This document shows positions 12,815-25,191 of a stretch of 44,756 bases of DNA, piece after piece. Source of the stretch: Bigelowiella natans CCMP2755 (lineage: Eukaryota > Protista > Cercozoa); assembly GCA_000320545.1 (NCBI GenBank), contig ADNK01002191.1, forward strand, positions 1 through 44,756, in the 5' to 3' direction. The first letter of the stretch is position 1. The number at the start of each line of letters is the position of its first letter. The notes below the pieces were generated by a model that did no database searches, was not told the DNA's origin, and saw nothing but the letters and a program-made list of their open reading frames with translations. Both the position numbers and the translations under genes were made by a program.

Positions 12815-12901
12815 AGAAAGGTTCTTGAGATTGATCAAGTCATCAAGTCCTTCAATCTGCAGGACACGGTTGAACGACAGGTCCAGCCATTCCAGGTTCA
12901 C
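12815..12901 (-). pseudogene. Isolated SDS22-type leucine-rich-repeat fragment, DRC3/LRRC48-like
   Basis: Minus-strand translation VNLEWLDLSFNRVLQIEGLDDLINLKNLS matches the LxxLxLSFNxIxxIEGL consensus. An in-frame TGA lies two codons upstream and no other LRR exons are nearby. Confidence 0.65.
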
Positions 12902-13752
12902 CGGTCAACACCAGAACACCACCATCGTGTGCACGGCTTTTCTGCGTTCCCGCAGTCCACAAACGGAGGGGGATGAGCATGTCCGAAGTGTGGCGTGGGA
13001 ACAAAAGTGGTTGTCCGAAAAGTGCGACCAGTTGTTTGGAGCACTTGTTGGTCGCACTGACTGAGACTCACTGACCGACTGCCTGAACGAAAAGAGCATT
13101 GATGAAACATCGACATGCCTTCATCTTTTCTGAACGCGGCGATTTTGACAGTTTTTCGATCGAACCTTGCAAGTGTCTTGCCACAGCCGTTTGAAAGTTC
13201 CTGGTCTCATGTTGCACACGAAAGATGTCGTCCCTCACCAATTCAATGAAACAATGAAACAATGATGAAGAACTGCATTTCCAAAGTGTTGCAAGACACT
13301 TGCAGTGTGCAAAATGCAGTGCCTCGAACTGGTTTCAAGCTGTTGAACATTGAACATTGAAGAAAGCATCAAATCAACATGCGCCAGAACCACATGGGAG
13401 ACGGCGTGGCTGTTCGTGGCAGACCTAGATCCATAGATCTAGATCAAATTTCAGGTGGGGTACTTGCATCAATATTTTGCGTACTTGCGATCATTTCCCG
13501 GTAAATTACATGCGAATAGCAATTAGCGACAAAGATTTTTTTGCATTTTTGAACAGGGATGTGTCCCCTCTCTACAATGACATCACAGATCTACTTAAAA
13601 CTTAACTGGAGGTTTCAAGGTTTTTTTGAGTTGTTGCCGGCTTGTCGTTTTGTCCAAAATGCAGACCGTTTTTAGCATAAAATCACCAGGAAATCTCCAG
13701 AGCCTTGGCTCAAAACTGCAACACAAACACAATCGCCGACTTGCAGTGCAAC

Positions 13753-15215
13753 ATGAGTCTCCTCACCGCCGTGTCCCTTGCCATTTGCATTCAAGCACAC
13801 GGATTGGATCGTCCCAAGGGTGATCCCCTATCCCAGACTTTGCGACCGTTATTTGAGAAAGAGGGGGGTTGGGCATCGAGTTTGCTTTGCGCACTTTTTT
13901 GGGAGAATGTTGATGAGCTCGACTCGCAGCGAATACATCGTGTAATATCTAAACAACTGACTTTGTTGCAGGATCGCCTCAAGATGTGGGCGATAGCCTA
14001 GCAGCTGTGTTCACAAAGTATTACTCCAAGCCGACGACCGCTGCTGAAGCTACTGACGCTGGATACTCCGCTGTCGATGGGAAATGCGACCCATACCTGG
14101 GAGTCGCTTACACCCAAGGCGGAAAGCTCTCGAAAAAGGTGAACGTTCTTTACCGTACGTGCATCAACAAACTACGTTTATGCGCGTGAATGAGATCAAT
14201 CACCGCGTGTTCAATGCATGCAGACTCCGGAATTCATTTACTTCACGCCTGGGGGACAGTTAGCTGGTGTTGCCGTTGACGTGTATGGGACACCCGAGAC
14301 CAGCTTGATCGATGCGGGATACTTCGTGAAGAAGGATGAGCAACGCTACCATATTTCAGCTACTTTTCGGTTGTGATACTGCTAGCCATATGTGTTCCCA
14401 GCCAGTCGATCGCTTCCCATGGCATCTAAAGATGTTACTAATCTTGATTAAAAATTAGAAAATATCTCAACCCTTTTTTTTCACTTTTCTCACAATTTTG
14501 ATAGCTTTCTGCACTTCCACCAGAAACTCAATAACGTTGTACATCACATTTCCATTAGTGCCCCAGACAAGGTGTGCTCTAGCTCCGCTGATGAGATGGT
14601 GGTTGGCGACCGTGTTGTCCTCAATGCCGCAGGGCCAGAAGGCCCGGGAGTCAATTACCACATTTCCTTAAACGAAACTGGAGCAATCTCCCAAGGATTT
14701 TCAAGAGGATCGTGTTTTGACGGAATGGGGTGGCATTATTTCAAGGTGAGAATGCAATAGTTGAGCAGTCGTAGTGAATCGCCCCCCCGTTGATCTGGGT
14801 TATAGCTTATTATCATTATAACAAATTTACAAAAAAAGGATATCTCCGGAGAGTCTACCTCCCAGAAAATGAAGTTTCCGCTTCCAGCAGAGCACCTTCT
14901 TCCCATCGTACCAATGTATCACGAGGGAAAACTCAACGCTATCTTCTTCACGACGACTAAAGTGCAGCAAACCCTCCTCCCCCCCAGAACAAACGGGTGG
15001 GAGCCAATTCCTCTACCGAACAAGCTGATGTGTGGGAATTGGTGCGATACGGACTGTGGCTTCTCGGGGACGGCAATCTGGTCGACCCAGCATTGGTCAG
15101 TGCAGAAGCTCAACACAATCATGCACGACGATGCCGCAGCCAAAAGACCTAAAATATACACACAAGTGTCTGATGGTTTGATTTGTGCTTCTTGATGGTG
15201 GCATGAAAACACTGT

Positions 15216-15288
<73 letters not shown>

Positions 15289-15388
15289 GTACTTCCATGA
15301 CCACACCAAAGTCATCTGTCCTTCAAGCCTCCATTGCACATTAAAGGGAATCACATGTTGTGAGGCTTCTAAATCGCTGGAGCTTTGA
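13753..15388 (+). CDS. Uncharacterised secreted Cys-containing protein
   Basis: Signal-like MSLLTAVSLAICIQAHG; six exons in phase, with motifs KCDPYLGVAY, IYFTPGGQLAGV, GSCFDGMGWHYF, LLPIVPMYHEGKLNAIFF and MCGNWCDTDC; TGA at 15388. Confidence 0.8.
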
Positions 15389-16162
15389 GCGCTGTTAAAT
15401 TGCCCGAGTGTCCATACAGCGGGCGCGTAGAATTGAAAAAATGTGCCGCGGCATTCTCGCCTCGCAAACGTGTACAGGCAGAGTAGCAATAGTCAGTATG
15501 TATGTGTAAGAGACGGTTGTTATTAAGAATTTACATCTTTTCAATATGCATCTAGATGATAACTTTCCACAGCGTTTATGTTGTGCTCATTCGTTTTAGA
15601 CTTAACGTAGCTGTGCTGGCATTTCGCTTTATTCATAAAAGTATATAAGCGTCGTATGCTTGCATGCGCGTCTGAGCTCATGCTAGTATGCTAGCATGCT
15701 AGCATGGTTCTTCTAGCTCTTTGGGTTGCCTTCCTAACATTGTCGCCCCTGCCAGTCTATGCTTATGCACTAACGTGTAATATTAATCTCGCAATTTGCG
15801 ACGTTGGCGTTGCTATGGCAGGCCGCCAGCGCTTGCAAGAGCGGTACATTAATGTGTCTAAATTTTTACAATGCTAGAATGGTGGTCATCCTTATTCGTG
15901 TCAAAGTATCGAAAGCGTGCGGTGATGTTTTCGTTGGCTCCTACGTGCATGCGCTCTATCTCCACCCCTGTATGGTCCCGGTGCCTCAAAATGCCCATGT
16001 CAAGCATCGCTAGCAGAGCGAAAATAATCATTATTCATCGATTATTTTGAAATTTTCATTGTGACATATTCAGGATACATTTGAATGAGCGACGGACCGC
16101 TTCGTCGCATTGATATTGTATTTCTATTTGCAGAGCATGCCCTCGCCCTTCAAAATCTGTTC

Positions 16163-16844
16163 TCATAATTCATTCATTTTTTTTCTAGAGAAGAAAATTC
16201 TGACTTTGTCCTCTCCTCGTACAGACCCCAAATTTCGCACATCGCGGGGAGCAGTTTTGAAGGATTCAGAATAAAAGTAATTGGCAACACCTGCTATACA
16301 TTTGTGTTCCTCTAAGATGGAGGAAGCCTTCTTCCTTGAAATTCCAGGAACTTTTAGTGTGCTTTCCAACACCTTGTCATCGATGTTGTCCCGACTGGAA
16401 ACGTTCGCTTTGATGATTGATTTTGCTCGTTGCATTCTTTGAATGGTAGCCGCTGCTTGCCCAGGTCCGTTAACTGGAAGGACGGACGCACCAATCTTAA
16501 GCCCAAGGCGCTGAAATTTGATGAAGTTTTTCGCATGGAAGCTATTCCGATAAACCTAACATTGTTCCAGCGAACTGAGCACATGGCCTCTGATGGTTAG
16601 AAATTGCACCCAAGCTTACCAGCATGACGACGTTTCTTGAAGATTTATCGATTCCCGTGACTACCTCTGCCGGGTCCTTCCCTATAGACGCTTTTGGCAC
16701 GTAGATGATGTTTACATCTCCAACTCGAGCCGCCACGCGACACTCGTCGTTCTGGGTCAGAAGAGAGGCCTTGGTCTTGAAGAGCTCGTGAAGCGCGTCC
16801 CGCAGTTCGGCCTCGCAAGCTGCACCAAGGACCACCTTCTTCAT
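16163..16844 (-). CDS. FAAP24-like protein (ERCC4-like domain plus C-terminal HhH)
   Basis: Two exons (MKKVVLG...NVVML|VYRNSFHAKNFIKFQRLGLKIGASVLPVNGPGQAAATIQRM...). The C-terminal LKVPGISRKKASSILEEHKCIAGVAN...KVRIFFS resembles the FAAP24/ERCC1 helix-hairpin-helix region. Family assignment is from recalled sequence similarity. Confidence 0.6.
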
Positions 16845-17120
16845 TCCGGCCTTCGCTGGTCCTTGTTTGCTTCGCTTTGGCGGGAAGCCATTCGGGGTTC
16901 GGGATGGAAGCAAGTTAAAACGTTGGAATTCAGAGGGATTTTACCCTGCGACAAGGAAAATTAAGGGAATTTGAAATATTATGAAAAGTAAGGCTGCTCG
17001 CCACCCTCTTTCATCACAAAAAAGATACGAATCTCATGTCTGAGCAAGCGTCGCTTCCGGTGAGGGGAGCCCGTCCATTGTCGACGTAGATTCAAACCCC
17101 CGCCTCGTTGAAAAATCTTC

Positions 17121-17380
17121 ATGGGATTCACACGACCCTTGTCGATAGCTGGCCCCCCCTTGCCCCTTTCGCGCGAAGACGACGAGCAAGGGGGGTTCGG
17201 CGGACGAAGTCGTCGGTTCAAAATTCGTGCTTGGCGATGCAAGATGCTTGTTGCGATCTTATCGCTGATTTTCCTCTACACGGCCTTTTCTTGGAGAGCC
17301 AAGGCCTGGGGCTCGCTGCCACTCGGCTCGCCCTCGGTTGTAGGCAGTGCCTCGATCATAACAGAACAAACACTTTCAAA

Positions 17381-17425
<45 letters not shown>

Positions 17426-19626
17426 CTTGTTTCGCGGTTTTTGCTGGCGATGATTCGTGACAGGCATTCTCAGATTCCGCCCTTATTTTACCGTTACTAG
17501 GTTGTCACTGTTCCCCTCCTGAACGATAACTATGGATACCTGATCGTCTGCCCGGTTAGGCAATAATAGCTTGAGAGAAGATGTCGACGCCGAATGATTT
17601 AATAGAAGATTTCTCTCTGCAAGGCTTCCCCAAAGCTGAAGAAAATAGATAACGATCGATGCCATGCTTTTTCCCCGAGCTGCAGGGCTGACTTCTCCTA
17701 ACGCTCTTTCCCCCCCTCGAATAATGCATGATTCTTTTCTAGAAAGAGAAGGTCTGTGCCGTGGTAGATCCGGTTGAACCCAAAAAAATCCTTGCTGCTG
17801 CGAAGAAGGAGGTGAGGCACAAACAAAGACGCGCTCCGCCCCGTTGTCTATCTTATTTACTGACCTGATTCGACTTTCCGGATCTCCGGTTGCTCTGGCC
17901 AGCCGCTCTGCAATGCTCCGACTTGAGACTGATAAATGTATGAAATATCTCCTCCCCCCCCTCCTCCTCCTTCTCTGCGTTCAGGGCGTAGATATCACGC
18001 ATATTCTCACAACGCACAGCCACTGGGACCATGCGGGGGGGAATAAGGATCTGATCAAATCGCTGAAAGAGTACTAATAATAAGAAGAAGATGATGAAGA
18101 AGAAGAAATGGAAGTTTTCGGACATCTCTAGCAGAGGGTTTATGTTTAAGGATTGGCTCTGAGATGAGAGGAAGATATATTAATGAAGAAGAAGAAGAAG
18201 AAGAAGAAGAAGAAGAAGAATGAGAAACAGCAGCAACAGTGTTAACATATCTTCCGCCATTCAAAAGTCTCTCTGCTTTGTTTTTATCACTTCGGAGCAC
18301 TGAATACAAAACGGTGGCAGGGCCAATCGTTAACCCCCCCCCCCCCCCCCCCCTCACAAGTAACAAACGCAAGCATTTTTGTCATGCCTACGAACACGCA
18401 TTTAGCCAAGGAAAGAGTGTGATAGTCGTCGGTGGCGCGAAGGACGGTATCCCAGGGGTCACCAAAGAGGTCAAGGAGGGGGATGAGTTTAAAATCGGAA
18501 CTTCGGTAGTATTATTCACCCTTACAAATGTGTAGAGGCGGCGGTCCGAATTGCTACAACATCGTCTTTGCTCTCTTCGCAGCGAAGAGGGGGGGCGAAT
18601 TTATCGATGGTGTATATATATCTCGATATTATTATTATCATTATTATTATTATTATTCTTAACACAAAAATACATAATGATAATACATAAATGATAATAC
18701 ATAATACTAATAGGTTGAAGTGAAAGTGCTGGACACGCCATGCCACACGCAGGGCCACGTATGCTTTTATTGCACGAGTAAGTCTCCCGTTCCTAGAAGA
18801 GTAGTGATTGACGTTCCTTTGACCTTCCTGACCATCATTCTTACGGCAATCTTCTCATCGTTCTGCTTGCAAATCATGCCAGAGGCCGATGCAAAGGAGA
18901 AGTCGGAAGGAGGCGCCGTGTTTACCGGGGACACGATGTTTGTTGGGGGCTGCGGGAACTTTAACAGCGGTGATGATGGAGAGTGCATGTGAGAGGAGAG
19001 TAGCGTGCTACGTAACACTTGCCTGTTGTCTCGATGAAATCTCCTTAAGAAATCGGACGAGGGGCATCCATAATGAAGGGGCTCTGGGTGCGTATTCTTA
19101 CCTACTCACAGGCTCTCCGGAGCAGATGTATAGCAATTTCATGAAGCTAGGGAAGCTGCCGAAAGACACTCTTGGTAGTAGAAAAGAAGAAGAAGAAGAA
19201 GAAGATGATGATGATGATGATGACGACGACCCCATGAGTACATGCTCCTTCATATACATTATTGTGTACTGTGAGACTTGTGTGGGCCACACCGACCCGC
19301 AGCGGCGGTGTGCGCGTGCATTTGCGACGTGTTTGGCTTTTTGTGTCTTGACGAGCATTTGTATTTTTTTTTTGGTGTGTGTGGGGGGGGTGGGGCATAG
19401 TGTATTGCGGCCACGAGTACACCTTAAAGAACCTTGCATACGCCTCCTACGCTGACCCTGAGGTAATAGCGCAGTTGTGCATGCCCGCTGATACTATGCA
19501 GTTGGGAGGATGCTGTGATCGCTTTGCTAGTAGGACGTGCGATGATGGTGATGATGATGAGGATGATGGTGATGATGTGTTTTGGCTCGATTCGGTATGG
19601 AGCAGGCAGCAGCAGCAGCAGCAGTA

Positions 19627-19660
<34 letters not shown>

Positions 19661-20858
19661 TTTGTTTTAATCGTTTGATGCAGCGCTGCCGTGGGTAGCC
19701 AGTAGTGCCATCATCACAACAGAGTGGCGATTAAGGCGTTGGCGATTGACCTGTAGATGGTGATTTAGAACGTCGAGCTCAAGGAGAGGGTCAAGTGGGC
19801 AGAGGTGCCGTCCATTTACTAGTTCCTTCCTCGCCGTCGTTTTGTCTGTTGTGAGCGATTTGAATTAAAATTAATTTCTGTTTGGCAATCATGGTTATGT
19901 CGGCATGAATCGTCACTGCCACCCTCCTCCTCCTCCTCCTCCTCCTCCTCCTTCTTCTTCTTCTCCTCCTTCTTCTTCTTCATCGCTGCTGTCCTACCAC
20001 CACCAAGCATTTTCACTGTTCCATGATCACACTTCACCATCACCCGTCCTTCCTACAAGCGCTCTGTGCTGACGTACGCGCTCTTGACATATCTCAAAGG
20101 AACGAAGGAAGGCAGGGCTGCCAACAGTACCTTCAACGATAAAAGACGGTATACAACCACGAGACGCTTGAATGCGTGTGTGTGTGTGTGCGTGTGTGTG
20201 TGTGTGTGCGTGCGCATGTCCATGCGCCCATTGATGGCTTCTGATGATGATGACAATATATCGTGTGGGATAGGGAAAATTTGGAGGGATGGGAGAAGGG
20301 TCAGCATTGTATTGTCGTAGTCCCAAGTGCGAGAAGCTGAGTACCCAAGGCGCCGGTTGAGGAGGGGGGTGGCTATAATGAATACCACGGTGTGTTTGCT
20401 CAGAGTGGGAGACCAACCCATTTCTGCGTGTGGACACGGAGACCATCCGGAAGTATGCGAAAACCACCGACGGCGCAAAGGCTATGAAGTAACCGACACG
20501 CACAGAGCAGTTTTGTGGTTTTTGGGTTTGTTTTTGTTTTTGTTATTGTTTTTGTTGTTTTTTTTGTTTTTTTTTAAATTAACAACAATGGCGAGCGCCA
20601 TTGGTTGATTGCCTGCTGCAAAGGCTACCCTAGTAGCCATTCCTCGGTCGCATCCGTCCAAATCGCTGGACATAATGCAATGCATCGATAGCGCCGCTTC
20701 CGCCAAAGAGGGTGGAGAGGTTGGGTGGGATTGGGCGCGCGCGGAGTCATTATTTTATGCGAAAGCGGCGGAGCCGGCGGAATTGTTGTGAATCGTCCCA
20801 CGTGGGTTTGATGTGCAGGTTCGTGCGCGCTGACAAGGACGCTTGGGGAAGACGATAG
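17121..20858 (+). CDS. HAGH: Hydroxyacylglutathione hydrolase (glyoxalase II) with N-terminal hydrophobic extension
   Basis: 13 exons in phase containing LNDNYGYLI, AVVDPVEP, the metallo-beta-lactamase motif THSHWDHAGGN, TPCHTQGH, VFTGDTMFVGGCG, VYCGHEYT, PTVPSTIKDEWETNPFLR; TAG ends at 20858. Confidence 0.95.
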
Positions 20859-21114
20859 ATCTACCAATGCAAAGCTAGGATAACAGACATTAGCTGCTGC
20901 TGCTGCTGCTATGTGTGTTTGTGTGTGTGTGTGTGTGTGTGGCGTGTGCTTTAGTGTAAGCTGTGGGGGTGGGGGGGTTAATGCGCAGGATGGATTCGTC
21001 TCGATAGATCTTATTTGCCGTGGAGTTGTAGTTCTGCAGATATAATAGACACAGTAATACTATACATGTATGAGACGGATGTAATGAAATGTCTAAATTT
21101 TTTCCATGGTCATC

Positions 21115-21151
<37 letters not shown>

Positions 21152-22045
21152 AACGTTGTCTATAATGAATTGTATCATTATCTGTTTGTGCATGCTACAT
21201 AGCGCTTAATTTTCTGTCGGTTAATAAAAACATAAAAAAAAAAAAATGAGATAGGCACATCAACGATATTTTGTTATGCATGCTAGCATGCTAGCACGGC
21301 CGGGCGCTCCATGGACGGCTGGCGTCGATGCATCATATTTGCGCGCTGCATGTATCTAGCTAGCTAGCTAGCTAGCATAGCATGCGCATGCACGGCCATT
21401 GCACATATTTATTATTGCTGCATTGCACAGTTACATGAGGATATGCCCATTGAACAAATTTAATTTATAAATTCATTACATCCATCTTACTAGATTAATT
21501 ATTATTAGCACATTTTAGTAGTCATGTGACAAACAAACATTTCTAGATTTGTACATAAAATTTACATGAATCGTATAACAATGTGTTAGGGATATGGCAA
21601 CCCTAGATCGGTCGTATCAATGTGGCATGCACTTATTAAGTGCTATTTATGACAACATTCAACAGAAACATGCGTGCCAGGTAAAACCTTATATTTATGG
21701 CCGCGCGGCTTATCGCCATTATTAGAACATAGCATAAAGTCTAGATAGCATGTGCATGCTGTCTTCATGTGTGTGTGAGCATGCGCCACAATGCTAGAAT
21801 GGCATGTATAATGTACAGCAGTCGTTAATCCTTAGCACAAAAATTCAAAAACATGCAATGTTTAAATGCTTAAATAATACATGCAGAATCGCAGAATGAT
21901 CACAGCCCACTATAAAATTGGTTGTAATTTACATTCGTTCTTATTTACCATGCGCCATCAATTACAATTAAAGCGCAACAAATGCAACATCCTGTAATAT
22001 CTTTATGAAACTTCCTCGCGTAGATACGACGTTGACTGCACGATC

Positions 22046-22176
22046 CTAGTCGGGGTCATCCTCGGAGATGTCGTCGTCAGAGATATTGTCCGAAATTTCC
22101 GAAAGATTATCGTCGTCATCATCTCTAAACATACATCAAAAAATGGAGTGTGTGCATGGGGGAGAAAGAGACAGAG

Positions 22177-22230
<54 letters not shown>

Positions 22231-23697
22231 CTTTAAACATGCTCTGCGCAGCACACGTTCCTTGGCATGCACTCATGTTTATGCGGTTGAGAAATACGAA
22301 TGGACGGAAATGAAACCGTACTGGATCGTGGGCTGCTGAGGCCCGAGCTGCTGCACGCCAACCCCCCCGTTGATGTCGGTGTACTTCAATAAGCTATTCT
22401 TCCCCCCTCGCTGCGCAAGCGTGTACTTGGCAGCCGCCACCAACTCGATCAGATACCTGACGGTTATTATGGAGTTGTCTACATGCTCACAGGAGGCTCT
22501 CTCGCAGGCTCGGCGAGCTCTCTTCTTGATTATGTCACGTTTGGGCATGTGCGCACGCGAGCGTGTGGCAAAAACAGCTTCGGAATAAGAAAGCGGCGAA
22601 GGAGAAGTGCGCGACTCTGCTACTACCCCGCGGTAGGCGTTTGGCCGCTCAGCTCGGCAAACCACAGAGCATCGTGGCCGTCGTTGTCCATCTCCAGGAC
22701 GTTGGCCTGTCACGGCAAATGGCGCCGGCGTACAACAAGCAAATGGCAGAGCAAAATCAGGTGCTTGGGCGTGGGGATGCGGCACGCATTTCGGATGGAG
22801 CTTCATACGATGACTATTCCCCTGCACACCACAATGCCGTTGTGTTGGACGCTCCCCGTAGGAGTGTCAGGACAAGTAATTGGATCTCTCTTGAATATGG
22901 AAGTTGTGGTTATGGTGCTAGAGAGGCGGTCATTTTTTAAAATCTTCTCCCTCCTCCTCCTCCTCATCATCATCAGCAGCAGCAGCGTCCCCCACACCAT
23001 TACCTTGGCAGCGATAAGATATTTCACTGTTGCAAATCTGTTACGCTGGGCAGCGTTATGGAGCGGTGTGTTTCTGTGCGAGGAAGGTAGAAAGGGGGAG
23101 TCAGAGGATAAGCGGCCAAAAAAAACCGTCATTTGGATTTGTAGCGATGGGCGCTTCTCCCGCCGGGAAAACCCAAAAAACTCGTTAAAATTAGTATCGA
23201 TTACGATGGGAACGATTATTCACGACTACACAAGAACGATGGAAATAAGGACAGCTGGATGGGTGAATGCTTCTCGTACCCTTCACTCGTCCTGGAGTTG
23301 ACATCTGCTGCAGCTTCAACCAGCAGGTGGCACATATCCACATTCCCTCTCTGCGCCGCGAAGTGAATTGCTTCCCAGCCTAACGGAGCCAACGAGATGC
23401 ATGATGGTGGTGTGGGAGCAAGGGGTTTGTGCGCGTGGGCGTGCGTCTGAGAGATCCATTCTATTCGCACTACCCCCATCGGTATCATCATTATGCTCAC
23501 ATGTAACATATAAAAATGAAAGTATATGGGGGAGAGGGAGAGGGAGAGGGAGAGGGAGAGGGAGAGGGAGAGGACAAGAAACACAAAGACATCTACCTGT
23601 TGTAGTGCGGATATGGACATCGATCTTAGCCTCCAGGAGTGCCTTACCCGTATTCAAATGCCCTGATACAAACGAAGATGGTCAACATCTCCATAGG

Positions 23698-23752
<55 letters not shown>

Positions 23753-24653
23753 TACACACAAGTCTCTTTACTTTTACACGAGATCAGGCTTCTTTCAAGA
23801 TCAACGTCGAGAACAAGATAGCTTTGCTAAACACCCACGCACCGTTGTTTGCGGCCCAAGTCAACGCGGATCCGCCTTTTCCGATTATGAAAAAAAAAAG
23901 AACCAAAACAAACAGTAACGCTCAGCTAATGAAATTAGGCGATGATAAAATATCCAGTCAGCCGATAATTATATCAAACTTTTAGCTTAACAGAGAGGAG
24001 AAAAGATGCATCCTTGCTGCTATCATTAATTAGCAGCTTTCACCTGCGTCGTATCGAGCGTCAACGTCTGCACCTCCCACCAGGAGCCTTCTCACAATCT
24101 GCTCGAAACCCTAGAGGGGAAAAAGTGGAAGTAGAGCCCAGAAATTATAACGCGCACGCACGTACGCCCCATCCGCCCAAAAAATCGCAACTTCCCTTCC
24201 CTTCCCTCCCTCGAAAAATCAATTTGAGAATTTCATGCTCAGGAAGGGTGGCAGCATCAAAGGCGCACCGAGAAAGTACACGGGGAATCTCCCGGCTATT
24301 ATAAATTGTCTTTAGGCAATTGCGGCAAGGATTTAGAACTCCTATCAACCGCTCGCTTTCTACTTCCCCTCCTGCTCCAACTATTGCCTCTCAGCATACC
24401 ATTGCAGCAGCCATCATGAGCGGTGTCGTCTGCGTGGCACTTCTCGCATCCACATACGCGCGGTTTTTAAGCAGCATTTCCACCTCCTTGGACCCACCCG
24501 TGCGTGCTGCGTGGTGAAGAGCTACTTCCTTGCTTTCTACCGTCGCACTGCCAGCCTCCGCCTTGGGAAAATCGCCGATTTTTAGAGTTCCGGTGGGCGT
24601 GGGGTTTGTGGTGTAGTTCAGGATAGATAGCAGGGGACGCTTGTCCTACGACG

Positions 24654-24689
<36 letters not shown>

Positions 24690-24759
24690 TCTCCCCCCCT
24701 CCCTTCTAATTGCCTTATTTTCACTGCTAATGCACATTCCCTTCCGCCACAGCACCACT

Positions 24760-24794
<35 letters not shown>

Positions 24795-25150
24795 CACACC
24801 CTAATGACTCGATCATCACCACCACCTTGGCCTCTTCGAGGAGATACCGTAGCAGTGGAAGTCTATCCTTCTCTCTCCTCACGGCAAGATACACCGCGCT
24901 TTCACCCCCCCTCGTCAACTCATTCACGAGGGCCTATTCGGTTGGTAGATTTGGTGAAACCAAGCGATAGGAGCCCATCGAATATACCGAGAACAATAAC
25001 AACGATGAGGGAATTCAGCGGAGACGAGCGTGGCAGAAGCATTCGTTGTGACACTGATCACCTTTGCCTCCACGAGCTTTTTGCACATCTCAACCTCCTC
25101 TGGAAAATAGCAAAAACACGCATCACCATGATGATCCTTAATAATGTTAG

Positions 25151-25191
<41 letters not shown>

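Larger units (their letters stand above)
12190..13432. other. TpA-depleted tract 2 (CTAG spared)
   Basis: Hand count: 16 TpA in about 1240 nt, 12 of them in CTAG; none at all between 12817 and 13424. Confidence 0.92.

Noticed and set aside
7200-13500. Intact transposon or viral insertion
   Set aside because: No transposase, RT, integrase or capsid ORF, and no terminal repeats or target-site duplication could be seen by eye.
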